A stretch of DNA of 39,277 nt from Trichosphaerium sp. ATCC 40318 (Eukaryota > Protista > Tubulinea), in NCBI GenBank assembly GCA_038496445.1, contig JALMLS010000147.1, forward strand, positions 1-39,277, read 5' to 3'. Positions 1-14,364 of this stretch are shown one piece after another. How positions within the stretch are numbered: position 1 is the stretch's first letter; each line of letters starts with the position of its first letter. The notes beneath the pieces are model-generated. The model was not told the origin of the DNA, made no database searches, and saw only the letters and a program-made list of their open reading frames with translations. Both the position numbers and the translations under genes were made by a program.

Positions 1-1495
1 AAATTTAAATCGATTTTGAAAAGGAAAAAAAAAAAAATAAAATTATTAAAAAATTAAATAGATTAAGTTATTGATGAGAGTATTATTTAAAAAAAGAATC
101 AAATTTAATAAAAAAAGAATTTAAAAATTTTAAAAGAAGATCAAAATATAAATTATATATAGAAAAAATAAAAAAAGAGACAAAATTGATTAGATCGACA
201 GATTTATTTTAAAAGAAATACCTGATTTATTTAATTTTTTGGGTGATTCCATAGTAAAAATTAGAAATTCAAAAATAAATAATATAAATTATATAAAGAA
301 AAAGCAAGAAAATGAAGCGAGGGTGACGTCACCTAAATTTTTTATTAAAGAAATAGAAGAAAAAAAAAACAAGGAGCAAATGAAAATATTAAAAAAATAT
401 GAAAAAGAATGAATAAAAGAAAACAATATAGATATTTTAGATGAGACATATGAAGAAAAAAGGAAAGCTATAGCAAGAAAATTAGAAAAAAAAACGCAAA
501 AAATTCTAACTAAAGATCTTTATATTTTATGAAAAATTTTAAATACATATAATAATAAAAAAAGAAAATTTAGAGATATAATGAATTTTAAAAAAGATAT
601 TTATACTTTAAATAATTATGAGTTGCTAGTTTTGGATTATTTTGAATATAAAATTCAGAAATTGATGCTTAAAAAAATTTTATTTATTAGGTTTAAGTTA
701 TAAGAAAGAAAGTAAAATAAAATTTGTAATGCATTATGGGAAAATGTTTGATTTATTTTTTCATTTAAGAAGAGATCAGCAAGAATTAGAAAGACGTTTA
801 TATAGAAGGGTTTTTAATATAGATTTAAGATATAGAGAAGGTATATCTGAAATTGAATATAAAATGTTTCCGGAAATTGATGAAAATAAAAAGTTAAGAA
901 GCTCTAATAATCTAAGTAAAAAAAATGAGAAAAGTTTAGAAATTATTTGAAGAGATTTGGGCAAAAGATTAAAAAAAAAAAAAATTTCAAAAAAAAAAAT
1001 ATTAATTGAACATTAAAAAGAAATAAGATAAATACCTTATTTGGTAATGATTTTTATATTAAAAAATGAAATAAAAAACGAGGTAATTTTTTTATTTGAG
1101 TCTTTAAAAAAACACCGTCTAAGTGGAGTTTTTTTAAAGATGTTATAGTAGAACCTATAAAAGAGTTATGAGATAATTTTTATGAAGATATGGTAATAAA
1201 ATTCAATGATTTTAAAGAAGATACTTATTATCCATGAAAAGAGGATTTTTATCATCAACTTACCATAGAAGCTGAAGCATTAAGAGAATTAAATGAAGAA
1301 AATTTAGGAGGTAAGAGTAATAACTTTATAACAAGGTTGCGAACAAGATGAGCTGCTTATTTTGATGAAGTATCTCAAAGAAAAGTTAAAATAGAAGAAA
1401 AGCCAGAGGCTGAGTTTGACGAGGTTTGAAGAAAAAAAAAAGAAATAGAGTGAGATAATTTATGGGAAAAAAAAAAACAAGAGCCTAAAGAATAA
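1..1495 (+). CDS. 3' part of the ~622-aa ORF, copy 1
   Basis: Matches ~24203-25696, with homopolymer noise at the window edge. Confidence 0.7.
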
Positions 1496-1852
1496 ATGTG
1501 CCAATAAAATAAAATAAATAGTTAACTTTTTATTTTATTTTATTGGCACATTTATTCTTTAGGCTCTTGTTTTTTTTTTTGTTTTTTTGGTATGTAAAAA
1601 ACACTGTGTAGGGTGGGGAATTTTGTTTTTTTGGTATAAAAAAAAAACAAAATAGATAATTTATGAGAAGAAAAAAGCCTAAAGAATAAAATTCCCCACC
1701 CTAGGCGGAAAAAACTTAAATAAATAGTGGTATATTTTCTATTATTATACCACTATTTATTTAAGTTTTTTCCGCCTACGGCAAGTATCGCTATTCGAAT
1801 AGTTATAATATATATAAGTAAAAAAAAGTATTAATATAGACTTATATATAAG

Positions 1853-3227
1853 ATGGCTAATCTATTTTATTTTTATTTAGAAGAGAGATTCTTATTTTAT
1901 TTTTATTTGGTGATTAATTTTTGGTACTAGTTTACAAATTTGAGGAAAAAGTGCAGGATTCTTGCAAAAGATTTAGGATTATTATGTTTTGTTTTTCAAT
2001 TTTAAGCTTTAGTTGTGCGCGTTAATGCAGTGATATGACTGGATCAAACTTATTTTGATGCTTCGGTTGTATCTATTTAAAAGTGTTATAGTGTGCTTCT
2101 TTTTTTTTTTGACTTCTATGAGGAAAGTGATTCCTACAATGGTGTTTACTTAATTTATGTATATGTTATGTAGTTTTTTAATATTATCGTTTTCGAGTTG
2201 TTGTGTTGTTGAGTTGTTTTAGAATTATTAGAATTTGTTTCTATATTTTATTAAGTGTAGGTCGAATAAAGTTTCTAAATCTGAGCAGCCCTAAAATATT
2301 TAATTTTTAATAAATTAGCTCAGGATTTATTTTTATAGGTTGTGTTATTTTTTGACTTAAGAGTTCATGTGGTCGTATAAGTTTATAGAGTGGGTGTGGA
2401 TTTTTATATTTGGATGGTTTATTATCGTAGGGTTATCTCTATTTTTATGTGTTTATTTATAAAATTAGGGATATTTCCGTTTAATTTTTGATTGTTGATA
2501 GCTATGAGGCAGGTTCTTTGGGGCTTTAAGTATTTTAACAGTAGTAAGTAAAATAGTGACCTTGATGTTTTTTTGAAAGTATTTTTTGTATTGATACAAA
2601 TTGAAGAAATAAGTCAATAATAACAGTATTTTCAGTTATTAGCATGTGGTTTTTGTATTTTTAGGTGTTAGTCAAATAAGATTAGAAGAATTTGAGCGTA
2701 TAGCTCAGTGTAAATTTAAGTTATTTATTATTAGCATGTAATACTGCATCTCATTTAGTTTTTTATGTATTTTAATTTATTTGGTATTTATATGCTTGTA
2801 AGCATGGGTTTTTTTTTAATTTGTTTATTTTGTTAAGTCATTTACAAAATAGAGTATAGTAAATATGTTAGATTTTTTAAATTTAATCATATAGCGTTTC
2901 GTGAAGTATATTTTTTTGATTAAGTTTTTTATCTGTAGCAGGATTACCTCCGCTAATGGCTTTTTTTCTAAATTTTTGTTAATATCGAGTTTATTAGCGG
3001 TAGTGATTGATTACTTGCTATATTTTGCATTTTAGTCGTATTTTTGCATTAAGTTTTATTTAAACGTTTTCAAGGATTCCTGTTTGGTAAATTTTGAGGA
3101 TGAGGCTTATATATAAGGCGAGACGAAATATTTATTATATGTTAGCTTTTTTTTTATGGCTAATATTTTATTTATTTTAATTATGATGTTTTATTTTTAT
3201 TGATATAGATATGTTAATTTAATTTAA
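1853..3227 (+). CDS. nad2: nad2 cryptogene, copy 1
   Basis: Near-identical to 26054-27428, with the same missing bases at the motifs checked. Confidence 0.88.
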
Positions 3228-3231
3228 ATTA

Positions 3232-4651
3232 ATGACAAATTGACTTTTAATTTTGGGTAATAGGGATTGCGTGTTATTTTTTTAGTATATATAAATGTTA
3301 TATTAGTTGGCTTTTTTTATTTTATTTTTTTGTGATACTGAGTTATTTTATATTTTTAGTTACATAGGTAATTTTTTTAGGAGGAACAGAGGATTGGATG
3401 TGACGTTTGTCTTATCTTTTCATATTTTAAGCAGCAGTTTGTTTATATAGGTAAGCTCCTTAATTGGGATCGCAAGTATAGAATAATAGTTTTATTTTTA
3501 TGCTTTTAGCATAACTTGTTGTGCGCAGGTGCTTTTTTAGTATATGATCTTATTTTTTTTTATATTATTTTTGAGTTTTTTTAATACCTCTTTTTTTTTT
3601 TATAGGTATTTGAGGTACTAAAAAGCGACGGTAATAGCATCCTTTAAATTATTTTTATATACGTATTAGGATCTTTTTCTATGCTTATAGGTTAATGTCT
3701 TTATATTCTCAAGTGGTACATTTGATCTGTATACCTTATTTTATATAATAATAGTTTTCAGCGAGATTAGGTACATGTATTTTATTTTTAACAGCATTTG
3801 CTGTTAAAACCCATGTATCCATTTCATTTATGTTACCCGAAGCACATGTAGAGGCAACAACAGTAGGTTCGGTTATTTTAGCAGCTTGATTTTAAAATTA
3901 GCTTGTATGGGCTGTGTAGATTTGTTATTCTTTGTTTTTTGAATCTATAAAATATATGCGCCTTTATTTTTTGTAATTATAATAATTGTATTTTACATAG
4001 TGTATGTTTATCGTGTAGACATGTGATGTTAAAAAGCATAGCTTATATGTCTATAGCACATATGATTTTAGTTTGATTGGTTTGTTTTCGTTAAATATAG
4101 TAGGTGTGCAAGATGCATTTATTTATTAGTAGGACATGGTTAGTATCGAGTGGTTATTTATTTTAGTAGGTATTTTATATGATAGTTTAAAACTCGTGTT
4201 ATTTTTTATTATGGAGTATAAGTCAAATAATGCCATTATGGCATTATTTTATTTTATGTTTATTTTTGCTAATTTTGGTTTTCCTGTTTTTTAAATTTTG
4301 TGGAGAAACTTTTAATTTTTTTTTCTTGTCTTTATATAGTTTTTTATTAAGTTTTTTTTTATGTTTAGGTATGTTATATCTACAGGGGCTAGTGTATGAA
4401 TGTATAATAGGATAGTTTTTGGGAAGTTAAAAATAGAGGCATATTAAAAAAGGTTTGAAAAGAAGTCAAAGAGAAAAAAATTGAAGATTAATGGGAGTAG
4501 TAGAGGTTGGTTGATTAGTACGTATGGTCGTACAGATTTAACTTGGCGTGAATTAATATTTTATGCTTTTTATTATGTACCGTGTAATATTAGGAATATT
4601 ACCATGGTTTGGGAATTCAGCGTTGGTCATTTTATACTACTAACAGAATAA
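3232..4651 (+). CDS. nad4: nad4 cryptogene, copy 1 (a few extra indels)
   Basis: Near-identical to 27433-28853. Confidence 0.88.
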
Positions 4652-4665
4652 TAAGCTTACTTATC

Positions 4666-5679
4666 ATGGAAAATTCTAAAATTGTTGATGAAATAATGGA
4701 AAAAATGGCACGTTTTTTTTTGTTTTTTTTTAATTGCCTAAAAAGCAAAAAAAGCAAAGGGCCTACGTGTCTATACCAGGATTGATATTAGAACCTCAAA
4801 ATTTAGAGGAGGTTATACATAATAGTTCATTTATTAGGAGTAACAAGTGTATTATTTATAGTTTGTTTAGGTTTTGCTGCAGGTTTTTATTATAATAGTA
4901 ATAATCATATAATCTTGTAGATAGGACTGTATTGATCAGGTGCTTCGCTATAATTTAGGGTATAAAAAATTTAAAAAACGATGTGAATCTTGAGAATTGT
5001 GAAGCATATTTTGAACCGCAAAATATATTAATATTACCAGCTTTTGAATTTGAAGATCCAGATTTAGATTTAGACGAAAAATAATTGAGGGAATTTTAGA
5101 ATTGCAGCAACAAATACCAAAAGTAGAGGTAGAGTTAGACGTTGCAAGTGAAACAGTAAAATAATGGAGCAAGCTTTAGAGTCTTACAATTGAGGTAATT
5201 ATAGAGAAAATATAGTAAATATCGAAGATGAACCTACTTATCAAGGGACAGAAAATTTTCAGGATATAATAATCCAAATTTAGATGAGTTATTGTCAGAT
5301 GCAATAGCTTCATCTAAATTTAATGTATCTGATGAACTAGATGATATTCATCAGATACATTAAATTTAGATGAAGCTATTGCATCTGATGGTTCAAATGA
5401 AATTTTTGAGAATATTGTGACTTTTGAGGAAGAAGATTATGGAGGAAAGATACTTTAGAAGGAATTGACATAGTGTTTCCCGGAGAAAATCAACTGGTAA
5501 GGGAAAATGGTGAAAAATATTGATGGAAATTTTATTGTAGTTATGAAGAAAAATATGGTAGGTTGTTATGATTGTTTAAATGAAACTACTCAGTTTTTTT
5601 TAGATATGGATAATGATTTTTTTTTATTTGTTGAAATATTAAAAAAGTTATATATTTTTTAATATCTATTTTTTTTTAA
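4666..5679 (+). CDS. ORF340 copy broken by copy-specific indels (probably sequencing error)
   Basis: Aligns with 28869-29891 but has scattered 1-2 nt indels that are absent from the two intact copies. Confidence 0.65.
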
Positions 5680-5749
5680 TATTTTATTTTTTATTTTTTA
5701 TTTAAAAAAGAGAATGTTATTGTATTTAAATGATATTTAAAAAAGATAG

Positions 5750-6710
5750 TCATTTGTGTTTAATTATTTATAGTTTTATGTCGGAAGATGAATTCATAAA
5801 TTAAGTTCTTCTGTTATTTATCTTATTTACATTTTTTATGTTAATTTTAGTGGAGCGGATTAATTTAAGTACAAATGTTTTTAGTTTGAGAAGTCGTGGG
5901 TTTAGCTTCATTTTTATTAATAAATTTTTTGTTTAACAAGATTATGCGCAATAATGCTGCGCTTAATTTTGATTGTTAATAGAGTTGGTGATGTTTTTAT
6001 TATGTTTGAATTGGTTTTAATTTTTATATATTTAAAAACTATAGAATTATAGTGTATTTTTGAGTTGTTGATTAGATTATGGTCAAAAACTGTTTATTTT
6101 TTAGGGCTATGGAATTTTATATTGTGATATATTTTGTTTTTTGTTTTTCTTATAGAGTTATGGGCCAAATCAGCGCAATTAGGTTGCATACATGAATTAC
6201 CAGATGCATGGTAAGGACCAAAACAGTTATAAGCATTATTCATGCGCACAATGGTTAACGCAGGAGTTTTTTTATTAATAAGTTATCGTTTATTTTTGAT
6301 TATTAATTATATCTATAATTTAATTGTTTTTATTGGGGGTTTACAAGTTTAATGCAGCAATATTTGCATGTTTCAGGTAGATATTATGAAGTTGTTGCAT
6401 ATTCAACATGTAGTCATTTAGGTTATTATGGTCGGTGCGTGGTGATATTCTTGTTTTCAAATGGGCTTTTTTCATATGTTATACATGCGCGGGTTAAAAT
6501 CGTTATTATTTTTTAGGTAGTGAGCACTAAATTCATTCATTTAGTAAATGAAAAGGATAGGCGTATAATTTGCAAGGGTATCTAAATATACACGTTTTTT
6601 TACATTTGTTTTGATTTTCTAGGTTATAGGTTCTTTAGCAGATAACTATGTTATCAGGTTTTGATCAAAGGATTTATTGTAGAATTGTATATTTTTGAAT
6701 AGTTATAGTT
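5750..6710 (+). CDS. nad5: NADH dehydrogenase subunit 5, partial, frameshifted and low-quality; truncated by a junction at ~6711
   Basis: FMSEDE..KFFCYLS, MFL.WE.VGLASFLLIN, NRVGD (~5978-5992), KSAQLG.HTW.PDA (~6167-6210), H..TMV.AGV, VVAYSTCS.LGY, SGF.SKD. Single copy with extra indels; the N-terminal ~100 aa are not seen. Confidence 0.85.
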
Positions 6711-8448
6711 TGTTTTATTCCAGCAGATTGAAATCGTTATAGACAATATGTGCAAAATGATGATTACTGTTCAAATATTATTATCCGTAAGATACACATG
6801 AATAGATTATTATAGATCATTTATGAGAACAAACGATGATGCTAATGTGTTTGGTTTATATAGTTTAAGGTTATTGGGAGATTATAGTGTGGTATATTCT
6901 TATTATTATAGAAAACTTATGAATTTTCCATATCATCGTGTAGTATATGCTAGAGAAAATTTAAATTTAAATCGATTTTGAAAAGGAAAAAAAAAAAAAA
7001 AAAATATAAAAATAAATAGATTAAGTTATTGATGAGAGTTTTATTTTAAAAAAGAATCAAATTTAAATAAAAAAGAATTTAAAAATTTAAAAGAAGATCA
7101 AAAATATAAATTATATATAGAAAAAATAAAAAAGAGACAAAATTGATTAGATCGACAGATTTATTTTTAAAAGAAATACCTGATTTATTTAATTTTTTGG
7201 GTGATTCCATAGTAAAAATTAGAAATTCAAAAATAAATAATATAAATTATATAAAAGAAAGCAAGAAAATGAAGCGAGGTGACGTCACCTAAATTTTTTA
7301 TTAAAGAAATAGAAGAAAAAAAAAAAAGGAGCAAATGAAAATATTAAAAAAATATGAAAAAGAATGAATAAAAGAAAACAATATAGATATTTTAGATGAG
7401 ACATATGAAGAAAAAAGGAAAGCTATAGCAAGAAAATTAGAAAAAAAAACGCAAAAAATTCTAACTAAAGATCTTTATATTTTATGAAAAATTTTAAATA
7501 CATATAATAATAAAAAGAAAATTTAGAGATATAATGAATTTTAAAAAAGATATTTATACTTTAAATAATTATGAGTTGCTAGTTTTGGATTATTTTGAAT
7601 ATAAAATTCAGAAATTGATGCTTAAAAAATTTTATTTATTAGGTTTAAGTTATAAGAAAGAAAGTAAAAATAAAATTTGTAATGCATTATGGGAAAATGT
7701 TTGATTTATTTTTTCATTTAAGAAGAGATCAGCAAGAATTAGAAAGACGTTTATATAGAAGGGTTTTTAATATAGATTTAAGATATAGAGAAGGTATATC
7801 TGAAATTGAATATAAAATGTTTCCGGAAATTGATGAAAATAAAAAGTTAAGAAGCTCTAATAATCTAAGTAAAAAAAATGAGAAAAGTTTAGAAATTATT
7901 TGAAGAGATTTGGGCAAAAGATTAAAAAAAAAAAAAATTTCAAAAAAAAAAATATTAATTGAACATTAAAAAGAAATAAGATAAATACCTTATTTGGTAA
8001 TGATTTTTATATTAAAAAATGAAATAAAAAACGAGGTAATTTTTTTATTTGAGTCTTTAAAAAAACACCGTCTAAGTGGAGTTTTTTTAAAGATGTTATA
8101 GTAGAACCTATAAAAGAGTTATGAGATAATTTTTATGAAGATATGGTAATAAAATTCAATGATTTTAAAGAAGATACTTATTATCCATGAAAAGAGGATT
8201 TTTATCATCAACTTACCATAGAAGCTGAAGCATTAAGAGAATTAAATGAAGAAAATTTAGGAGGTAAGAGTAATAACTTTATAACAAGGTTGCGAACAAG
8301 ATGAGCTGCTTATTTTGATGAAGTATCTCAAAGAAAAGTTAAAATAGAAGAAAAGCCAGAGGCTGAGTTTGACGAGGTTTGAAGAAAAAAAAAAGAAATA
8401 GAGTGAGATAATTTATGGGAAAAAAAAAAACAAGAGCCTAAAGAATAA
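6711..8448 (+). CDS. ~622-aa ORF, copy 2 (5'-truncated)
   Basis: Matches ~23955-25696. Confidence 0.7.
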
Positions 8449-8805
8449 ATGTGCCAATAAAATAAAATAAATAGTTAACTTTTTATTTTATTTTATTGGC
8501 ACATTTATTCTTTAGGCTCTTGTTTTTTTTTTTGTTTTTTTGGTATGTAAAAAACACTGTGTAGGGTGGGGAATTTTGTTTTTTTGGTATAAAAAAAAAA
8601 CAAAATAGATAATTTATGAGAAGAAAAAAGCCTAAAGAATAAAATTCCCCACCCTAGGCGGAAAAAACTTAAATAAATAGTGGTATATTTTCTATTATTA
8701 TACCACTATTTATTTAAGTTTTTTCCGCCTACGGCAAGTATCGCTATTCGAATAGTTATAATATATATAAGTAAAAAAAAGTATTAATATAGACTTATAT
8801 ATAAG

Positions 8806-10180
8806 ATGGCTAATCTATTTTATTTTTATTTAGAAGAGAGATTCTTATTTTATTTTTATTTGGTGATTAATTTTTGGTACTAGTTTACAAATTTGAGGAA
8901 AAAGTGCAGGATTCTTGCAAAAGATTTAGGATTATTATGTTTTGTTTTTCAATTTTAAGCTTTAGTTGTGCGCGTTAATGCAGTGATATGACTGGATCAA
9001 ACTTATTTTGATGCTTCGGTTGTATCTATTTAAAAGTGTTATAGTGTGCTTCTTTTTTTTTTTGACTTCTATGAGGAAAGTGATTCCTACAATGGTGTTT
9101 ACTTAATTTATGTATATGTTATGTAGTTTTTTAATATTATCGTTTTCGAGTTGTTGTGTTGTTGAGTTGTTTTAGAATTATTAGAATTTGTTTCTATATT
9201 TTATTAAGTGTAGGTCGAATAAAGTTTCTAAATCTGAGCAGCCCTAAAATATTTAATTTTTAATAAATTAGCTCAGGATTTATTTTTATAGGTTGTGTTA
9301 TTTTTTGACTTAAGAGTTCATGTGGTCGTATAAGTTTATAGAGTGGGTGTGGATTTTTATATTTGGATGGTTTATTATCGTAGGGTTATCTCTATTTTTA
9401 TGTGTTTATTTATAAAATTAGGGATATTTCCGTTTAATTTTTGATTGTTGATAGCTATGAGGCAGGTTCTTTGGGGCTTTAAGTATTTTAACAGTAGTAA
9501 GTAAAATAGTGACCTTGATGTTTTTTTGAAAGTATTTTTTGTATTGATACAAATTGAAGAAATAAGTCAATAATAACAGTATTTTCAGTTATTAGCATGT
9601 GGTTTTTGTATTTTTAGGTGTTAGTCAAATAAGATTAGAAGAATTTGAGCGTATAGCTCAGTGTAAATTTAAGTTATTTATTATTAGCATGTAATACTGC
9701 ATCTCATTTAGTTTTTTATGTATTTTAATTTATTTGGTATTTATATGCTTGTAAGCATGGTTTTTTTTTTAATTTGTTTATTTTGTTAAGTCATTTACAA
9801 AATAGAGTATAGTAAATATGTTAGATTTTTTAAATTTAATCATATAGCGTTTCGTGAAGTATATTTTTTTGATTAAGTTTTTTATCTGTAGCAGGATTAC
9901 CTCCGCTAATGGCTTTTTTTCTAAATTTTTGTTAATATCGAGTTTATTAGCGGTAGTGATTGATTACTTGCTATATTTTGCATTTTAGTCGTATTTTTGC
10001 ATTAAGTTTTATTTAAACGTTTTCAAGGATTCCTGTTTGGTAAATTTTGAGGATGAGGCTTATATATAAGGCGAGACGAAATATTTATTATATGTTAGCT
10101 TTTTTTTTATGGCTAATATTTTATTTATTTTAATTATGATGTTTTATTTTTATTGATATAGATATGTTAATTTAATTTAA
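8806..10180 (+). CDS. nad2: nad2 cryptogene, copy 2
   Basis: Near-identical to 26054-27428. Confidence 0.88.
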
Positions 10181-10184
10181 ATTA

Positions 10185-11122
10185 ATGACAAATTGACTTT
10201 TAATTTTGGGTAATAGGGATTGCGTGTTATTTTTTAGTATATATAAATGTTATATTAGTTGGCTTTTTTTATTTTATTTTTTTGTGATACTGAGTTATTT
10301 TATATTTTTAGTTACATAGGTAATTTTTTTAGGAGGAACAGAGGATTGGATGTGACGTTTGTCTTATCTTTTCATATTTTAAGCAGCAGTTTGTTTATAT
10401 AGGTAAGCTCCTTAATTGGGATCGCAAGTATAGAATAATAGTTTTATTTTTATGCTTTTAGCATAACTTGTTGTGCGCAGGTGCTTTTTTAGTATATGAT
10501 CTTATTTTTTTTTATATTATTTTGAGTTTTTTTAATACCTCTTTTTTTTTTTTATAGGTATTTGAGGTACTAAAAAGCGACGGTAATAGCATCCTTTAAA
10601 TTATTTTTATATACGTATTAGGATCTTTTTCTATGCTTATAGGTTAATGTCTTTATATTCTCAAGTGGTACATTTGATCTGTATACCTTATTTTATATAA
10701 TAATAGTTTTCAGCGAGATTAGGTACATGTATTTTATTTTTAACAGCATTTGCTGTTAAACACCCATGTATCCATTTCATTTATGTTACCCGAAGCACAT
10801 GTAGAGGCAACAACAGTAGGTTCGGTTATTTTTGCAGCTTGATTTTAAAATTAGCTTGTATGGGCTGTGTAAGATTTGTTATTCTTTGTTTTTTGAATCT
10901 ATAAAATATATGCGCCTTTATTTTTGTAATTAAATAATTGTATTTTACATAGTGTATGTTTATCGTGTAGACATGTGATGTTAAAAAAGCATAGCTTATA
11001 TGTCTATAGCACATATGATTTTAGTTTGATTGGTTTGTTTTTCGTTAAATATAGTAGGTGTAAAGATGCATTTATTTATTAGTAGGACATGGTTAACACG
11101 TAGGGTTATTTATTTTAGTAGG
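10185..11122 (+). CDS. nad4: nad4 cryptogene, copy 2, truncated at an inversion junction
   Basis: Matches 27433-~28374, then the sequence switches strand. Confidence 0.85.
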
Positions 11123-11207
11123 TAATTAAAAAAAAACAAAAAAAAACGTGCCATTTTTTTATTATTTCATCAACAATTTTAGAATTTTCCATGATAAGTA
11201 AGCTTAT

Positions 11208-12628
11208 TTATTCTGTTAGTAGTATAAAATGACCAACGCTGAATTCCCAAACCATGGTAATATTCCTAATATTACACGGTACATAATAAAAAGCATAAAA
11301 TATTAATTCACGCCAAGTTAAATCTGTACGACCATACGTACTAATCAACCAACCTCTACTACTCCCATTAATCTTCAATTTTTTTCTCTTTGACTTCTTT
11401 TCAAACCTTTTTTAATATGCCTTCGTATTTAACTTCCCAAAAACTATCCTATTATACATTCATACACTAGCCCCTGTAGATATAACATACCTAAACATAA
11501 AAAAAAACTTAATAAAAAACTATATAAAGACAAGAAAAAAAAATTAAAAGTTCTCCACAAAATTTAAAAAACAGGAAAACCAAAATTAGCAAAAATAAAC
11601 ATAAAATAAAATAATGCCATAATGGCATTATTTGACTTATACTCCATAATAAAAAATAACACGAGTTTTAAACTATCATATAAAATACCTACTAAAATAA
11701 ATAACCACTCGATACTAACCATGTCCTACTAATAAATAAATGCATCTTGCACACCTACTATATTTAACGAAAACAAACCAATCAAACTAAAATCATATGT
11801 GCTATAGACATATAAGCTATGCTTTTTTAACATCACATGTCTACACGATAAACATACACTATGTAAAATACAATTATTATAATTACAAAAAATAAAGGCG
11901 CATATATTTTATAGATTCAAAAAACAAAGAATAACAAATCTACACAGCCCATACAAGCTAATTTTAAAATCAAGCTGCTAAAATAACCGAACCTACTGTT
12001 GTTGCCTCTACATGTGCTTCGGGTAACATAAATGAAATGGATACATGGGTGTTTAACAGCAAATGCTGTTAAAAATAAAATACATGTACCTAATCTCGCT
12101 GAAAACTATTATTATATAAAATAAGGTATACAGATCAAATGTACCACTTGAGAATATAAAGACATTAACCTATAAGCATAGAAAAAGATCCTAATACGTA
12201 TATAAAAATAATTTAAAGGATGCTATTACCGTCGCTTTTTAGTACCTCAAATACCTATAAAAAAAAAAAGAGGTATTAAAAAAACTCAAAAATAATATAA
12301 AAAAAAATAAGATCATATACTAAAAAAGCACCTGCGCACAACAAGTTATGCTAAAAGCATAAAAATAAAACTATTATTCTATACTTGCGATCCCAATTAA
12401 GGAGCTTACCTATATAAACAAACTGCTGCTTAAAATATGAAAAGATAAGACAAACGTCACATCCAATCCTCTGTTCCTCCTAAAAAAATTACCTATGTAA
12501 CTAAAAATATAAAATAACTCAGTATCACAAAAAAATAAAATAAAAAAAGCCAACTAATATAACATTTATATATACTAAAAAAATAACACGCAATCCCTAT
12601 TACCCAAAATTAAAAGTCAATTTGTCAT
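11208..12628 (-). CDS. nad4: nad4 cryptogene, copy 3
   Basis: Reverse complement of 27433-28853. Confidence 0.9.
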
Positions 12629-12632
12629 TAAT

Positions 12633-14007
12633 TTAAATTAAATTAACATATCTATATCAATAAAAATAAAACATCATAATTAAAATAAATAAAATATTAG
12701 CCATAAAAAAAAAGCTAACATATAATAAATATTTCGTCTCGCCTTATATATAAGCCTCATCCTCAAAATTTACCAAACAGGAATCCTTGAAAACGTTTAA
12801 ATAAAACTTAATGCAAAAATACGACTAAAATGCAAAATATAGCAAGTAATCAATCACTACCGCTAATAAACTCGATATTAACAAAAATTTAGAAAAAAAG
12901 CCATTAGCGGAGGTAATCCTGCTACAGATAAAAAACTTAATCAAAAAAATATACTTCACGAAACGCTATATGATTAAATTTAAAAAATCTAACATATTTA
13001 CTATACTCTATTTTGTAAATGACTTAACAAAATAAACAAATTAAAAAAAAACCCATGCTTACAAGCATATAAATACCAAATAAATTAAAATACATAAAAA
13101 ACTAAATGAGATGCAGTATTACATGCTAATAATAAATAACTTAAATTTACACTGAGCTATACGCTCAAATTCTTCTAATCTTATTTGACTAACACCTAAA
13201 AATACAAAAACCACATGCTAATAACTGAAAATACTGTTATTATTGACTTATTTCTTCAATTTGTATCAATACAAAAAATACTTTCAAAAAAACATCAAGG
13301 TCACTATTTTACTTACTACTGTTAAAATACTTAAAGCCCCAAAGAACCTGCCTCATAGCTATCAACAATCAAAAATTAAACGGAAATATCCCTAATTTTA
13401 TAAATAAACACATAAAAATAGAGATAACCCTACGATAATAAACCATCCAAATATAAAAATCCACACCCACTCTATAAACTTATACGACCACATGAACTCT
13501 TAAGTCAAAAAATAACACAACCTATAAAAATAAATCCTGAGCTAATTTATTAAAAATTAAATATTTTAGGGCTGCTCAGATTTAGAAACTTTATTCGACC
13601 TACACTTAATAAAATATAGAAACAAATTCTAATAATTCTAAAACAACTCAACAACACAACAACTCGAAAACGATAATATTAAAAAACTACATAACATATA
13701 CATAAATTAAGTAAACACCATTGTAGGAATCACTTTCCTCATAGAAGTCAAAAAAAAAAAGAAGCACACTATAACACTTTTAAATAGATACAACCGAAGC
13801 ATCAAAATAAGTTTGATCCAGTCATATCACTGCATTAACGCGCACAACTAAAGCTTAAAATTGAAAAACAAAACATAATAATCCTAAATCTTTTGCAAGA
13901 ATCCTGCACTTTTTCCTCAAATTTGTAAACTAGTACCAAAAATTAATCACCAAATAAAAATAAAATAAGAATCTCTCTTCTAAATAAAAATAAAATAGAT
14001 TAGCCAT
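12633..14007 (-). CDS. nad2: nad2 cryptogene, copy 3
   Basis: Reverse complement of 26054-27428. Confidence 0.88.
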
Positions 14008-14364
14008 CTTATATATAAGTCTATATTAATACTTTTTTTTACTTATATATATTATAACTATTCGAATAGCGATACTTGCCGTAGGCGGAAAAAACTTAAA
14101 TAAATAGTGGTATAATAATAGAAAATATACCACTATTTATTTAAGTTTTTTCCGCCTAGGGTGGGGAATTTTATTCTTTAGGCTTTTTTCTTCTCATAAA
14201 TTATCTATTTTGTTTTTTTTTTATACCAAAAAAACAAAATTCCCCACCCTACACAGTGTTTTTTACATACCAAAAAAACAAAAAAAAAAACAAGAGCCTA
14301 AAGAATAAATGTGCCAATAAAATAAAATAAAAAGTTAACTATTTATTTTATTTTATTGGCACAT

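Larger units (their letters stand above)
1..11122 (+). repeat. Direct duplication with period ~6953 bp (1-~4170 repeated at ~6960-11122)
   Basis: Identical ORFs at 729 and 7682; nad2 ATGs at 1853 and 8806. Confidence 0.95.

Noticed and set aside
4230-4415. 61-aa hydrophobic ORF
   Set aside because: Mostly out-of-frame piece of the nad4 cryptogene.
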